DNA of 64,000 nt from Eledone cirrhosa (GCA_964016885.1 OZ024757.1:36766001-36830000); one strand, 5' to 3'. Counted from the first letter of the stretch, positions 27,621 through 42,178 are shown. Notes: generated from the letters alone by a model not told the origin. A program made the numbers and translations.

Positions 27621-27992
27621 TGCACATACAGAAGCACACACACAAAAACAGAGAGACAGAGAGAGACACACACACACACAGAGAAAGAGAGGGAGAGAGA
27701 CACACACAGAGAAAGAGAGGGAGAGAGAAACACACAGAAAATATATAAAAGCTGTATGTTGACTTTTTCTAGTGAAAAATACAAGTAAAAGATTAGATGG
27801 AGAGAATTTCAACATTGCTCAGTTTATAGTTTACTACAGTTTACTATAGAGTTCAATACCTAGGACTGCACCTTTCTCCATCACCTCTCTCTGCCTCTCA
27901 TATATATATATATATGTGAGTCCCGGGTTGAATCGGGGGTAACCACAGTAAGTAAGGTACTCAATAGAGTGTAAACAACAATCATCAGGAAA

Positions 27993-28042
27993 GCTTTCCT
28001 GATGATTTCCTTCGAATGAAACAGTTCTAGTCCTGTAGAAGC
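27993..28042 (+). ncRNA. Minimal type I hammerhead ribozyme motif in a PLE-like insertion (27915-28065)
   Basis: gctttc-CTGATGA-t-ttc-cttc-gaa-t-GAAA-cag-ttctagtc-ctg-TA-gaagc; palindromic CTAG in loop III; truncated minus-strand relatives at ~11545-11586 and ~37318-37365. Confidence 0.6.
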
Positions 28043-28145
28043 CATTTCTATATCAAATTATTATATATATATAATTAATCTGATTAAAATAACAGGAGGC
28101 CAGACTGGCAAGGTTCTTTTAAAAGTTTATTGTTGCAAACACACC

Positions 28146-28214
<69 letters not shown>

Positions 28215-28548
28215 CAATGGCCTGGTTATGTAATATCCTGGTGACATCATCAGGTGTGGATTGCATAATTAGTTAATCAATAAAGGAATTATGGCAAACA
28301 CAAACAGATTCGGAGATAGTCTGCAGCAACAATAACACCTATTTCGCAGGCCATCTATGAATCAAACATTTTCTATATTTTCTATATGATCTGTGTTTGT
28401 GAACAGCTGATTGCTATGAACATAGCAAAACATCGGGTTAAGCTGTAACCACATATTGAGTGGAAGAACGGAGAGAGGGAGAGAATGGAAGACAAAGAGT
28501 GAGAGAGAGAGGGAAGAGAAGAGGAGTGGAAACAAGCGGGAATGAGAT

Positions 28549-28587
<39 letters not shown>

Positions 28588-29620
28588 TAAGGAGAGAGTT
28601 TATATATTGCCCAGGTGTCTGGAAAGTTTATAACAGATGGCCAGGGATCATTGCTCAGAACTATCTTCTCCTATTCTCTGTCTATCTGTCTATCTAATCA
28701 TCTATTTATCAACCTACCAACCTACCTACCAACCTATCTATTATAGTTTATTGTTATTTATTAATGTTAAAGTTATTTTTATGTAAAAACCCCGCCGTCA
28801 CATCTTGTAATGTCCCATTTTTGTACGCCCCTGTGGCAAATAAAGAAAGATATCTATCTACCTACCTACCAATTTATCTATCTACCTACATACCTACCTA
28901 TCTATCTACTATCTATTTATCTATCTATCTACCTATCTATCTAGTATTTTACACGTTTTTATTGTATGTAAACTTCCCCTTTTGTATTTGTCCCCTTCTT
29001 TTGTGCCCCTGAGGCTAATAAAGAAACATATCTATCTACTATCTATTTATCTATATATCTATCTATCTATCTATCTAGCTATCTGAGTTTATGTGTATGC
29101 ATGTATATATATATGTATACATGTAGGTATGTATGTGTATGTATGTGTGTGTATATGTATGTATGTAGGTATGTAGTGTATATATGTATGTATGGCACAC
29201 AACTGAGAAACACTCCCAGAATTTATAAAACATGGACAGTGAGGTGCAACCAAGTACACAAGACAAACTTCAAAGAAGAATACTCCCTACCCCTCCACAA
29301 ATCTGACTGCTCCCTACCCTCTCCTCAAAACAGACTATAGCCATAAAACACAATCCCCACCTCACCCCATAAAACAGATAACCTCGCACCCATCCACCCC
29401 ACAAAACAGATATCACCTCACCACTCCATAAAACAGATAAACCACCCCACTCCACAAAACAGATATCACCTCACCACTCCATAAAACAGATAAACCACCC
29501 CACAAAACAGATACCACTAGGTGCATTTTACTGTGCAATCATACTACCAATCAATATGATAGATTGACAGATAGATAGATAGATAGATAGATAGTTATAT
29601 ATACGCATGTTATAATGAGG

Positions 29621-29659
<39 letters not shown>

Positions 29660-30188
29660 TAGAGAGAGAGAGAGAGAGAGGGAGACATACAGACAAACAG
29701 AGAGAAAGCTACATAAACATGTAGTTTGAACTCTAAATAAATAGTTGTCATGCAAGTAGTATTTCTTTTAGAATTTCAACAGATTCTTCAAGTTGTTGTT
29801 GTGGTTGTTGTTGTTTATTTTATTGGAAGTGGTGGTGGAGGTAGAGTAGAGGGGGGATTTAATGTTATGCAAATTCATTGCAAAAAAAAAATATAAAACA
29901 CACACACATACATATATATATATATATGTTTATATATATATATGTTTATATATATATAATATAAAAATATACACACACACGCGTTGAGGAAACATGTATG
30001 ATAGTATTAGAGAAATATGCAGACAGGTTGTATAGAGATGGAGAGAGGGGGAGGGGGAGGGAAAAGGAGGAGATATGGTATGTATGTTGGTGGGTGGCAT
30101 GTGGGTTGTTTTTGCCACAGATAGTGTTGAGGGAAAGAATAGAGAAGGCGGGGTGGGGGTGGAGAAGTTGTTTTACTCTTCTTGTTTT

Positions 30189-30251
<63 letters not shown>

Positions 30252-30290
30252 CATATATGTATATACACACACACATATATGTATATACAT

Positions 30291-30323
<33 letters not shown>

Positions 30324-30394
30324 CACATATATATTTTAAGCAATGAAATTTTTTGCTTTCATTCTAAGCAGGATCATCTGAAACTATATATATA

Positions 30395-30485
<91 letters not shown>

Positions 30486-30677
30486 TTTGTCCCACCCTTG
30501 CAAGCAGGGAAAAGCGGACGTAAAATGATGATGATGATATATACATAGTTGTCAGCAATCCCTGAAACAGTACTACTCTTGTAAGAGTCACTTGAATAAA
30601 AAATATCTCTACTTGATATATAGTGTAACTTACTTTAGTTGTGGTTTCCTTCTGTTCTTTAATGGGAACACCATTCT

Positions 30678-30743
<66 letters not shown>

Positions 30744-31784
30744 ATAGGCGCCACGGTAAAAAAGCACCCAGTATTCACTGTAAATAAGGTTGGTATTAGG
30801 AAGGGCATCCAGCTGTAGAAACCAACCCCAAATCAGTTCTGTATAAGCAAGACATTGTCACCTGACCTGGCATTGCCCACAACAGGTCAACCTGTCTAAC
30901 CCATGCTAACGTGGAAGACTGGGCATAAAACGGTGATGGTGATAATGATTTATATATATATAGTATATGTTTGGTTATATTGGGGTTTACCAATATATAT
31001 CCTGGTAAAGGTTATAGAAGCTCTATGCTAATCAGTATCCTTGGTCAATCAGTAACTGAAAAAGGCTGAGGGAGTTTTTAGCCTCAGTAGATTCTGCTAT
31101 AGACTGTAATAGCACAGACTGTAGAGCTCAAGATTTAACAAATTGAGAGAGAATAACTATAGTTTGAACTCTGGTTATTTGCTCTCAATTTATTATATAT
31201 ATATTGGTCAGTATCATCTCTTATTTCAAACTTAAGCTCGACTTTAGAGGAGCATTAATCCTTCTCTGAAGTCTGCACCACACAAAACTCTTACCTCTCT
31301 GAAGTCAGTGCCTCTTTGAGGTCTGTGCCTCTCTGAGGTCAGTGACTCTCTGGGGTCTATGCCTCCCTAAGGAGGTCTGTACCTCTCAAAAGTCAGAGCC
31401 TCTCTGAGGTCTGTGCCGTTCTGAAGTTATGCCTAGTTGGTCATAATCCTTTCCTTATCATATTTCTAATGAAACACACAGCCTGTGCATTTTAAGTAAT
31501 GTTGAAAATAAACCAGAAGTTTGATAAAACAAGCTTTTCATAAGTAAGCTGACATTTAGAAGATTACTGAAGAAAGATTTCTAAAATAAAATTATGACGA
31601 AAGGTTTTGATATATGAGATAAACATTGGTGGTGGATCAGCAGAATTAGAATCGGTAAAGTATTGCATAAAATACCATTGCAGTATTCGTTTTGGAAATC
31701 TGGCTCTTAACATGCTGGGTTCAAATCTTGCTGAGGTCAACTATTGCCAATTATCCACTCAGGGTCAATAAAATAAATGTTTCG

Positions 31785-32152
31785 TTAGATGTTCAATGTA
31801 AATGTGAGAGAAAGGCAGAGCTTGGACGAGCAGAGAAAAGAAGATGGGCTTAAAGGGAATCCAAGATGGTGTGTAGGAGAGAAGAGAGCATTGGTATAGA
31901 CTTGGATATGTGATGCGCATGGACAATCACTGATGGGTGAAGAAATGCCAGGAAATCACAGTGGAAGGAAGCTGCAATAGAGGACAACCAAGAAAGACCT
32001 GGACAGAGGTTGTGAGAGCAGACCTCAAATCGCTAAGAATGGCAGAGGAGATGACGAAGGAATGCAACAAGTGGAGAGATGCCATGCTGAGAAGGACATG
32101 TCCAACCCATGCATGCAAGCATGGAAAGGTGGATGTAAAAACGATGATGAAA
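31785..32152 (+). mobile_element. Degenerate RTE LINE 3' fragment
   Basis: KKCQEITVEGSCNRGQPRKTWTEVV...WRDAML, homologous to the 49500-50105 C-terminus. Confidence 0.85.
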
Positions 32153-32722
32153 GCAACAGTCAAGTACTAGGGTAGATTTAATCCTTTAAAATTTACATTA
32201 CTCTATATTTACTATGGTATTTTCACAGTAAAAGCTTTATCTTACATAATTATCTCACATAATATCGAATTTATAGATTTCGATATTATTTATTTTAAGA
32301 ACAATACCTTAACACCAGTATGAGTGGCCAGTTACGGCCGGTTTGAACAGAAAGAAGTGAGAGAATTCTGGCTGGATACAGCCGATTTAAATGCTAAAAG
32401 GTTAACTTAGCCCCTTCCCTCCACCCTTAATACACACGCACACACACAAAATTTGCTGGCCCTGTGCCTAAAGTAGAAATTAATATAAGGATAATAACAA
32501 TTTTACAATGAGTAGTTTCTGTATCATAAATGCAGGAGGGGGGGGGGGGCCTTGGTATTGAAAGGGTTAATGATAGCAGCTGAGCCAGCCAGCAGTGTAT
32601 AAGGGGATGTATGAAACTATATATCTCTTTTCACACAAATTGTTATTATGATAACCTAGAATGTATTACATAGTATGCAAATTCAACAGTAGCAACAACA
32701 ACACCAGCAGTAGTAGTAGTAG

Positions 32723-32784
<62 letters not shown>

Positions 32785-32919
32785 CTGGTGGGGTTGGGGT
32801 GGGGTACAGTGCTGTAGTTAATTATATAATGACATGTATCACATCAATGAACCAATTAGACAGTTTCTCGTATAAAGACACATTTACATGAGGTGTGTAT
32901 GTGGGGAGGGGGGTATCAC

Positions 32920-33361
32920 AGAGTCTTTTATTCTTTTACTTGTTCCAGTCACTAGACTGTGGCCAGGCTGGGGCACTGTTCTTGTACTGGTTTCAGTCAC
33001 TAGACTGTGGCCAGGCTGGGGCACTGTTCTTGTACTGGTTTCAGTCACTAGACTGTGGCCAGGCTGGGGCACTGTTCTTGTACTGGTTTCAGTCACTAGA
33101 CTGTGGCTATGCTGGAGCACTGTTCTTGTACTGGTTTCAGTCACTAGACTGTGGCCAGGCTGGGGCACTGTTCTTGTACTGGTTCCAGTCACTAGACTGT
33201 GGCCATGCTGGGGCACTGTTCTTGTACTGGTTTCAGTCACTAGACTGTGGCCATGCTTGGGCACTGCTCTTGTACTGGTTTTGGTCACTAGACTGTGGCC
33301 ATGCTGGGGCACTGTTGCTTCACTGGTTTCAATAATTAGACTGTGGCCATGCTGGGGCACA
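32920..33361. repeat. 48-bp minisatellite, ~8.7 copies
   Basis: Unit cagtcactagactgtggccaggctggggcactgttcttgtactggttt (32946, 32994, ...). Confidence 0.95.
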
Positions 33362-34324
33362 GTCTATTGTCTTGAAGTTGTGTCTATGTCTATCTCAGAG
33401 TAAATTTGTGAATATCTTAAAACCTTGAAGTTGTCTATGTCTATCTCAGAGTAAATTTGTCAGTGTCTGTGATCTGACAGTTATGTCTATGTCTATCTTT
33501 GAGCTACTCTGTCAACGTCTTTACATATCATTATATTGCTATGGTCTGCTAGTTATGTCTAAGTAATTTGTCAATGTCTTTACAGGAATGGTTGTGTGTA
33601 TCAATCCCTTTAGTAGTTTCAATTACAAATGGAATGATAGATGCATTCCTTGACTGTGTTAATGTATTGAGTTCAACAGCAAGGTTCATACTATCCATTA
33701 ATATATCTGACACAGAACTACCTAAAAACCTTCGCTAGTTCTATATACAAAGCTGTAGATTTTAAAGTGTTGAAATTTATCTAAAAACTGTCCATCATAA
33801 TTTTATGCAACACCAGTTATGCCCAAAATACCAGCTTAACCTTTTAACATTTAAACTGGCCGTATCCGGCCAGAATTATCTCACCTCTTTCTGTTCAAAC
33901 TGGCCGCTCATACTGATATTATGGTATTGTTCTCAAAATAAATAATATCAAAATCTCATAGATTTGATATTATGTGAGATAAAGATTTACCGTGGAAATA
34001 TAATAGTAAATATAGAGTAATATAAATGCTAAAGGGTTAAAGTGTTTAAATTTATCTAAAAAGCTTCCATCATAATTTTATGCATCAAGGGTTAAGCCCC
34101 AAACACCAGCTTGATAACGAGAAAGTTGCTTATATTACTAAATCCCTTGAAATACTTTATTATTTTCAAAGTTATTTTAAAACCAAAGGCAGTGACTTTC
34201 AGCAACATTTTTTCATGTTCAGAGTTGCTGAAGCATGAAACAAACTCCCTGCATCAGTTGTTAGCAGTCAGGACACTGCATCCTTCAAAACTATATATAT
34301 ATATATGTGTGTGTAAATGAAGTA

Positions 34325-34358
<34 letters not shown>

Positions 34359-34426
34359 TGACGAAGGACTATTTTTATCATATGTAACCCATGTGCAATC
34401 ACGCAGTATTCTTCTTTCTTCTCATG

Positions 34427-34498
<72 letters not shown>

Positions 34499-34614
34499 CA
34501 CACATACATATACATATATTCACCCATATTAGAGGTGTTAAAATTAAAATACCAAAATACTTTTGCTAGTGTGGAAAAATGGACATTAAATGGTGATGAT
34601 GATGATATTCCCAC

Positions 34615-34692
<78 letters not shown>

Positions 34693-34997
34693 TTAAATAG
34701 AATAAAGTGTGTAGTCAGAATAGTCACCTCTGTTCTGTAGAATTTTTTTAAGACTGAACATGAACAACAATATCATACCTGCATAAGTTATGGTGTTGGA
34801 GAGAGAGAGGGGGGGGGGAGAAAGAGATAAGGAGAGACATAGAGAGAGAGAGAGAGAGAAAGGGAGAGGAGCTGGTTGAAATCTTTGAGGATGGGCTGTT
34901 AAATATCAACAGGGATTGTCATCATATTTGTGACCTTTCTCTCTCTCTATATATATATATGTGTGTGTGTGTGTGTATATAAATGTGTACATGTATA

Positions 34998-35078
<81 letters not shown>

Positions 35079-35097
35079 GTGTATGTATATATATGTG

Positions 35098-35145
<48 letters not shown>

Positions 35146-35824
35146 ATTTTTTATTTTTTTAAAATTTATTTATTAATTTTTTTATTTTATTTTATTTTTT
35201 TTTCTCCTCGTGCAATGGCCATACTCGATAACGAGGGGGCAGCCATCATATATATATATATAGCATATGCAATATGTTTATGTTGAATAAGAATACATAA
35301 ATCTCTCAGTTGGTATTTTTAAGCTGCGACTATGTTAAAGCTGCTTTAGTAGCCGTGTAAGAATGCCAAACAGTATTTCGAGGTTTTCCTCCATCTTCAG
35401 TGATGCTTACTCCTGTGATACTGTGTCAAAATATGTTAGCTAGTAGCTTATTTTGCCTCAATACAAAGATAATAATGATCATGATGGTGATGATAGTGAT
35501 GATTATGATGGTGATGATATATGACAGGTTTTCACACAGTTACTGTCTACCAAATTCCAGTTAGAAGACATTCATGAACTTGGGGCTAAGAGTAGAAGAC
35601 ACATTGCCCTGATGATGATGATAATGATGGTGATGGTGATATATGACAGGCTTCCACACAGTTACCGTCTACCAAATTCCAGTCAAAAGGCATTCACCAA
35701 CTCATGGCTAGGAGTAGAAGACACTTGCTCAAGGTGTCACACAGTGGTTACAAAGCAAATTCCTTTAACCAGACAGATATATCTTACACCTATACACTTG
35801 ATTTCATTCTTTATGATTATAAAA

Positions 35825-36020
35825 TTGGTCGGATTGGCAGCATTGGTAGACTGTCAGACACCATGTTTTGTAGCATAGAGTTATGGTCCTTTACGTTATG
35901 AGTTCAAATCCTGCCGAGTCTAGCTTTGCCTTCCATCCTTACGGTAGGGTCGCCGATAAAGTTAAGCACCAGTAATACACTGGGGTAATTGCTGGCCTTG
36001 TGCCAAAAGTAGAAACATTT
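35825..36020 (+). mobile_element. Family-B SINE
   Basis: ggattggcag...gagttcaaatcc...tttgccttccatccttacgg...gataaagttaagcaccag. Confidence 0.75.
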
Positions 36021-36494
36021 ATGATTATAAAATAATATTTACTATTAGTTTTTTTTTTCCTCTTTTTATTATTTTCTGTCTTGAAGCAGCTCTGTTGTTC
36101 TCACAGAGCTAAATTTGTCCATTTATCACCATCACTACATGAATAAAGTATTTGTTTCGAATCAATGCATTAAATTTCATTTGCGCAGTAGAGTTGCATA
36201 TGCAGCATAACTGGTTACACAACGTGTGTGTCTGGTGGACATTTGCATAATTCTTGCGATAACATTAACATTTGTTTGATTATAAAAATAAGCTATCATA
36301 TCTAATTTAGTTTGAGTGAGGAACAGAATTTCAGAGTGAAAACTAGCAGAGTTTTGGTATTTTAGGAGTGTTTGATCATAAAACTGGTGATATTAGCAAA
36401 ATAGATGAAGCATTACCAACTTGTAATTTCTTACAGACAATCAGACAATGGCTTCAGCCATATGTCTCAATAGTTTGGTCAACTGTCTGTAGTG

Positions 36495-36528
<34 letters not shown>

Positions 36529-36592
36529 AACATAATATATATTTTATATATATATATATACAATGATGATGATATATATATACATATGTAAT

Positions 36593-36800
36593 ATGTACAG
36601 ATTAAAGTTTAAGTAAAGAATCGCTGATTTCACATTTTTACATAAAAGGGTGAAAGTAGTGATTATTTGCTTAAAATTTAATCTCTACATATAATAGATA
36701 TTTGCTCTACAGGTTTATAAATATATATACTGTATATATATATATTATCCTTATCAAGCTCTCTTTGGATTTTAGTCTTCACATTTATTATTATTATAAT
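36593..36800 (+). mobile_element. PLE-like fold-back insertion (family of 6355-6512)
   Basis: Imperfect arms gtacagattaaagtttaagtaa...tttcac / gtgaaa...ttgcttaaaatttaatctctac, followed by the shared tail. Confidence 0.6.
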
Positions 36801-36952
36801 ACATTTACTCCATCCTTGCACCACCAACATGATTCAACATTAAAGATGGATGAGTTGCATAATGTTGAGTACTTTTCTCATATTATGTCATGGTTAACAC
36901 TGCAGAATGACCAGTTCTACCCAGTGGTAAACCACCAAATTTAAATATATAT

Positions 36953-37297
36953 GGAGGCATATGGCTTAGTGGTTAGAGCATTGGCCTTGCAATCAAAAGG
37001 TTGTGAGTTCAATTCTCAGACCGGGTGATGTGTTGTTTCCTTGAGCAAGACACTTTATTTCACATTTCTCCAGTTTACTCAGCTGTAGAAATGAGATGAT
37101 AGGGACTGGGGTCCCTATCATTCCACTGTAAAGTGGTTGTGGAGGTGCCACGGCAAAAAAGCACCCAGCACTCACTGTAAATGAGGTTGGTGTTAGGAAG
37201 GGCATCCAGCTGTAGAAATCAAGCCAGAATCAGTTCCCGTCCCACCCTTGCAAGCAGGGAAAAGCGGACATAAAATGATGATGATGATGATGGTGAT
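36953..37297 (+). mobile_element. SINE family A, full length
   Basis: Nearly identical to 25281-25615 and 62491-62845. Confidence 0.9.
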
Positions 37298-37434
37298 GAT
37301 ATATATATATTTCATTATTTAATATAGAAATGGCTTCTATAGGATTAGAACTTTCATTTGAATGTAAAGTGATGTAATTTTATGCCACAAAACATTTTGT
37401 CTGACACTCTACCGATTTCACCAATAATAATAAT

Positions 37435-37630
37435 AATTGTTTCTACATTAGGCACAAGGCCAACAATTTGAAGGGGAGAGTCGATTAAATCGACCCCAGT
37501 GCCTTATTGGTACTTTATTTTATTGACCCCGTAAGGATGAAAGGCAAAGTTAACCTCGGCGGGATTTGAACTCAGACCGTAAGGGACGTAACTCTATGTT
37601 GCAAAGCATGCTGTCCGACTCTCTACCGAT
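37435..37630 (-). mobile_element. Family-B SINE
   Basis: gtcgattaaatcgaccccagt...aaggatgaaaggcaaagttaacctcggcgggatttgaactc. Confidence 0.8.
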
Positions 37631-38809
37631 AAATAATAATAATAATGATAATAACAATGGTGATGATGATGATAATAATGATAATAATAATAATTGTTTC
37701 TACTTTTGGCACAAGGCCAGCAATTATCCCAGTGTATTACTGGTACTCTATGATAATAATAATAACAATAACAACCTTGTTAGAATCTTCGAGACACTTT
37801 TAGTCTGTAAACCTACTCCTATTTATCTCTTATCAAACTATATAATGATGTATCTTGTGTATAGCAGCATTATTATCAAAGCCGTCTCACCATGCTGATA
37901 TAACTTAAATGGCTCTGCTAAAACACTTAAATCCTATAGATAGCGCTCTTATCAGCTTAGGGGCTTTCTTTTTCTTTTCAGTATATATATATATATATAT
38001 ATTATTTACAAGCCCTACCCATCTTTCACGGTGATTTTTTTTTTTTATCTAATCTAAGAAATCTTGGTGTATCCCAACATTTCATCCAAAATCTAACAAC
38101 ATCTAAATCTTCCGAAACTATCAAACCACAACCGACAGCTCCCAACAGCTTTTCTTTCCTCTTCCATCACCAATACCACCAGCAACAACACTATACACCA
38201 CCACCATCTCCTCCTCATTAGCATCGAATGTTCAAAGAACAGAGAACAGCTAATATACAGTTTGATCCTCACCCCCGACTAGATCTGATCCCCTCACACA
38301 AGAAACGTCTATGATTCTCCTGTCTTCTTGAAATATATTGAAATCATGTATCCTCTCACCACAGTTCCCACTGAGGGAGCCGCTACATAGCAGCTACCAC
38401 CCTCTAAATTACACCCTATACACTCATGTCTTTTGTAAGCCAAAGGCTCAGCAGGCCGGTGTTTATCCCCAGTTACCTTAGCAACTGAGAGTACAAGACT
38501 TCCACTTGGACATATTCAAGAATTTTGAGGCATTTAGTAATATAACAAACTTTCTCGCTATTAAGTTGGTGTTAAGGATTGAGGAAATTTTTCCATCATG
38601 TCAGAGACACAACAACTTCTCAGGTGATGTCTCAAAAAATACACCCAGTAAACTCTGTAAAGTGCTGAAACATATGCAAGTGAGATGCTGCTCCCTTCTC
38701 CCATTATGTCTGATATATCAGTAGCTCTGATCAAGTACTGATTTGGTCTATGACAATCTCTCCAGCCCTTACCAGCATGGATAAATAAATGTTGAATTAT
38801 GATCTTCTT

Positions 38810-39120
38810 CTCCCACTTATTCCTGAGAGAGCCATGGGGACAGAGTCCTCAAACCCTCCTTCCAGCAGATCCTGTCAGAAGCAACCATTTCCAACTGATC
38901 CGGCTGGATCCCCAAGCGAGACCATCCAACCATATTGTTCTGGGTCTACCCCTGGGTCTCCTACCTGTTGGTTCTGCCTGTAAAATCTGCCCAGCGATTC
39001 TTTCCTGGGATATTCTAGACCAGCTGAGCTCATCATGGATATTATCCAACCATCTTGCTCAGGGCCTCCCTCTGGGTCTCCTGCTTGTAAAATCTATCCA
39101 GTGATTCTTTCCTGAGACAT
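38810..39120 (-). mobile_element. RTE LINE family 2, 3' fragment with internal duplication
   Basis: QERIAGQILQAEPTGRRPRGRPRTIWLD. Confidence 0.75.
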
Positions 39121-40019
39121 TGCTAAATTATAATGATTATAATAATGATGATGATGATTATATAATATATAGCCTTTACTGGATTTAATTAATTCTAATT
39201 AATTATAGAATGAAAATTACAAACGTATGAATTATCGAGTTACAATAGAATTATAAATGTGTCTTTATAAATTGTAAATCAGGAATTTCTAACAATAATA
39301 TTACAGTAATTAAGAAATAAATTATAATAACACAATCATAACAATAATAATTAATTAAAACACAGCTGTGATTGTGTGTAATTAAAAGTATCTCATCATC
39401 ATCATCATCATCACTATTTAACATCCATTTTTCCACGCTACCGTGGGTTACTCTCGAGTCCCAAATAATAGTGGGAGGGGTTTGGAATACATGGTGGGGT
39501 TGGAAAATTAATTATTTTTCTAGATTGTCCACGTTGATTTTTTTTTTAAACCAGACTCAGTCATTTAGCTTACATATTGAGACCCCCAACCCATCCTGTA
39601 CATTTTATAATATATGGGATTTCTAGTAATGTACATTTTTTTGTCATGTATAATGTCTAAAGAAAATTAATTGCCACAGGAATGCTAACACTTAAAATAA
39701 AATTTTGCTGGAGATAAATTAGAAAAATTTAATAAGTGGGGGGTAGGAGAATAAGAGCAGGGGAAGGGGGAATCTGATGACCATGTCTAGCTTGGTCTTC
39801 ACGGCTGGATGTCCTTCCTAATGCCAACCACATTTACAGTGTGGACTGGGTGCCTTTTGTTGTGACACTTATATGACACCTGCATGATCAGTTTACAAAG
39901 TGGACTGGGTGCTTTTTGTTGTGACACCTACACAACCACTTTACAGAGTGTGCTGGGTGCTTTTTGTTGTGGCACTTATATGACCACTTTACTGTGTGGA
40001 CTGGGTGCCTTTCAGTTTA

Positions 40020-40200
40020 GGAGGAGGGGAAAGTCGAATAATTCGACCCCAGTGTATTACTGGTACTTTATTTTATCGACCCCCTAAGGATGAAAGGCTA
40101 AGCTAACCTCGGTGGGTTTTGAACTCAGAATGAAAAGTGCCATAACTCCATGCCACAAAGCATGGTGTCCAATGCTCTACCGATACTGCCAATCCACCGC
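40020..40200 (-). mobile_element. Family-B SINE ~50 nt downstream of the exon D donor
   Basis: Reverse complement of the 63413-63580 sequence. Confidence 0.8.
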
Positions 40201-40250
40201 CATCTGTTAATACAAAATAATAAAATAAAATAAAATGGTGTGGCACTTAC

Positions 40251-40466
40251 CTCATCACAAGCAAAACAACGGGGCCTCACTAGTTCAGCAAAGTGGCGTT
40301 CACAAAACAGTTTCTGTTGGAAATGGCAATAAGTGAGGTCAACTAGAAGTTCCTCACAGACGCTGCAGATAAAACAGGCAGGGTGCCAGCAGAGGGAATC
40401 ACTGATTTTGTTGGCGACAATTATCAACTCCTTCGAGTCTATTTCTCCTTTACAGTTAAAACAAAC
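40251..40466 (-). CDS. PET-LIM gene, exon D (LIM1 and start of LIM2)
   Basis: attttgcag|GTT...GAG|gtaagt; 216 nt, phase 0/0; CFNC...CWHPACFICSVCEELLVDLTYC...CERHFAELVRPRCFACDE; the VDLTYC/CERH pattern resembles LIMPETin rather than Prickle (VDLIYF/CGRH). Confidence 0.95.
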
Positions 40467-40739
40467 CTGCAAAATGGAAGAAAATGAAGAAAAATATAAA
40501 AAAAAAAACTAACAAACCAAAAAACCCCAATCAAAATCAATCCAAGACTCTGCCAAATTCCATTAATGCCATGCAGGGAGACTGAATCTAGAACTTTAGG
40601 ACTGCAAAGTAAACTGCTTGACCATTGGGTCATGCTGTATCCACTCACCAAAGAACATTTGTTAAGTTATGCTCCAGATATTAACTTAATACTCTTAACA
40701 CTTTGCTTCCCTGGGTATGGATACATTGAAGCTCTGACA

Positions 40740-41162
40740 TCTGACAACTGACTTGGTAAACACCCACAAAATTGTTAACCATCTTGCCAACAACAACCCT
40801 GAGTACCTTTTTGATTTCCATGTGTCTAACACACGTGGGCTTGCCAACAAAGTCAGAAAGCAGCACAGCTCCCATGACTTTCAGAAACATTTTTTCACGC
40901 TCAGAGTTGCTGAAGCATGGAACAAACTGCCTGCATCAGTTGTTAGCTGTCGAGACACTGCATCCTTTAAAACCTCCATTAATCCTGAGATTCGTCAACA
41001 CTACACCTGATATTTCCCCCTCCATACATACGCACACATGTATATCATGACTCATATGCTATTCACTTCCCTGCCATTTGTATATTATTCTATGTACTAT
41101 ACATGCACCTTTGATGAGTTGTAGTGCACCTGAGCACTGTACACAATAATTTCATTATTATC
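40740..41162 (+). mobile_element. CR1-clade LINE 3' fragment (longer-UTR variant)
   Basis: HFFTLRVAEAWNKLPASVV plus the conserved tail. Confidence 0.9.
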
Positions 41163-41563
41163 ATTAATGAGAAAGTTAGTTACACTGCAACATCCTTCTA
41201 AATTCTCAATTATTTTCAAAATAAAGGGCATAAAGGGCATTATTTTAGCGAGATTTGGTTGTAATTTCTTGCAGATTCAGCAGCCATATAGAGGTTTCCT
41301 CAAAAGTGAAACAAAGACGTCATCTATGCTTGAAACATCCAGATATTTCCCAAAAGAAGCAATATCTAGGAATGTACTTATAGGAAGTGTTTTGTGGATA
41401 TCATTGAAGATGTTTCGTATCAGAAACACCCAACTACGTTTCCTCAAGAGAAATTCCAATGGGGAGTAAAACAAAAGGTTTTATAAGGTGGAAATATCAT
41501 CTGAAATACATACATACTTTCATATATACATACACACACATATATATATACAGATGCGCACAA

Positions 41564-41596
<33 letters not shown>

Positions 41597-41631
41597 CAGA
41601 TGTGCACAAACACACACATATATATACACAT

Positions 41632-41713
<82 letters not shown>

Positions 41714-41939
41714 CACACACACACACACACATATATGAATACATACATAATTGCACACACACATATATATAGGTATATATATATATATATACACACATAC
41801 ATGTACAGTGGTTTAATGTGAAGAAAGCACCAATCCTTTCGAGAATCTCTGATGTAAGAGGATTGTTGGAAGGAAACTGTTGACATATCAACATTTCATA
41901 AAGATATTTATATCTATAGTTCTATAGTTAGAAATAGAG

Positions 41940-42133
<194 letters not shown>

Positions 42134-42178
42134 GTATATCGTACTGCCTCTCTGTTCTGTCCCTGTTCAATTTTTCAT

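Noticed and set aside
32884-33403. 16-aa repeat ORFs on both strands (also 59725-60384)
   Set aside because: Open frames are a by-product of stop-poor minisatellite units.
15960-34420. Isolated CTGATGA/CTGACGA at ~15964 and ~34358 in TA-flanked islands
   Set aside because: No downstream GAAA or helix III; possibly PLE debris but not callable as ribozymes.
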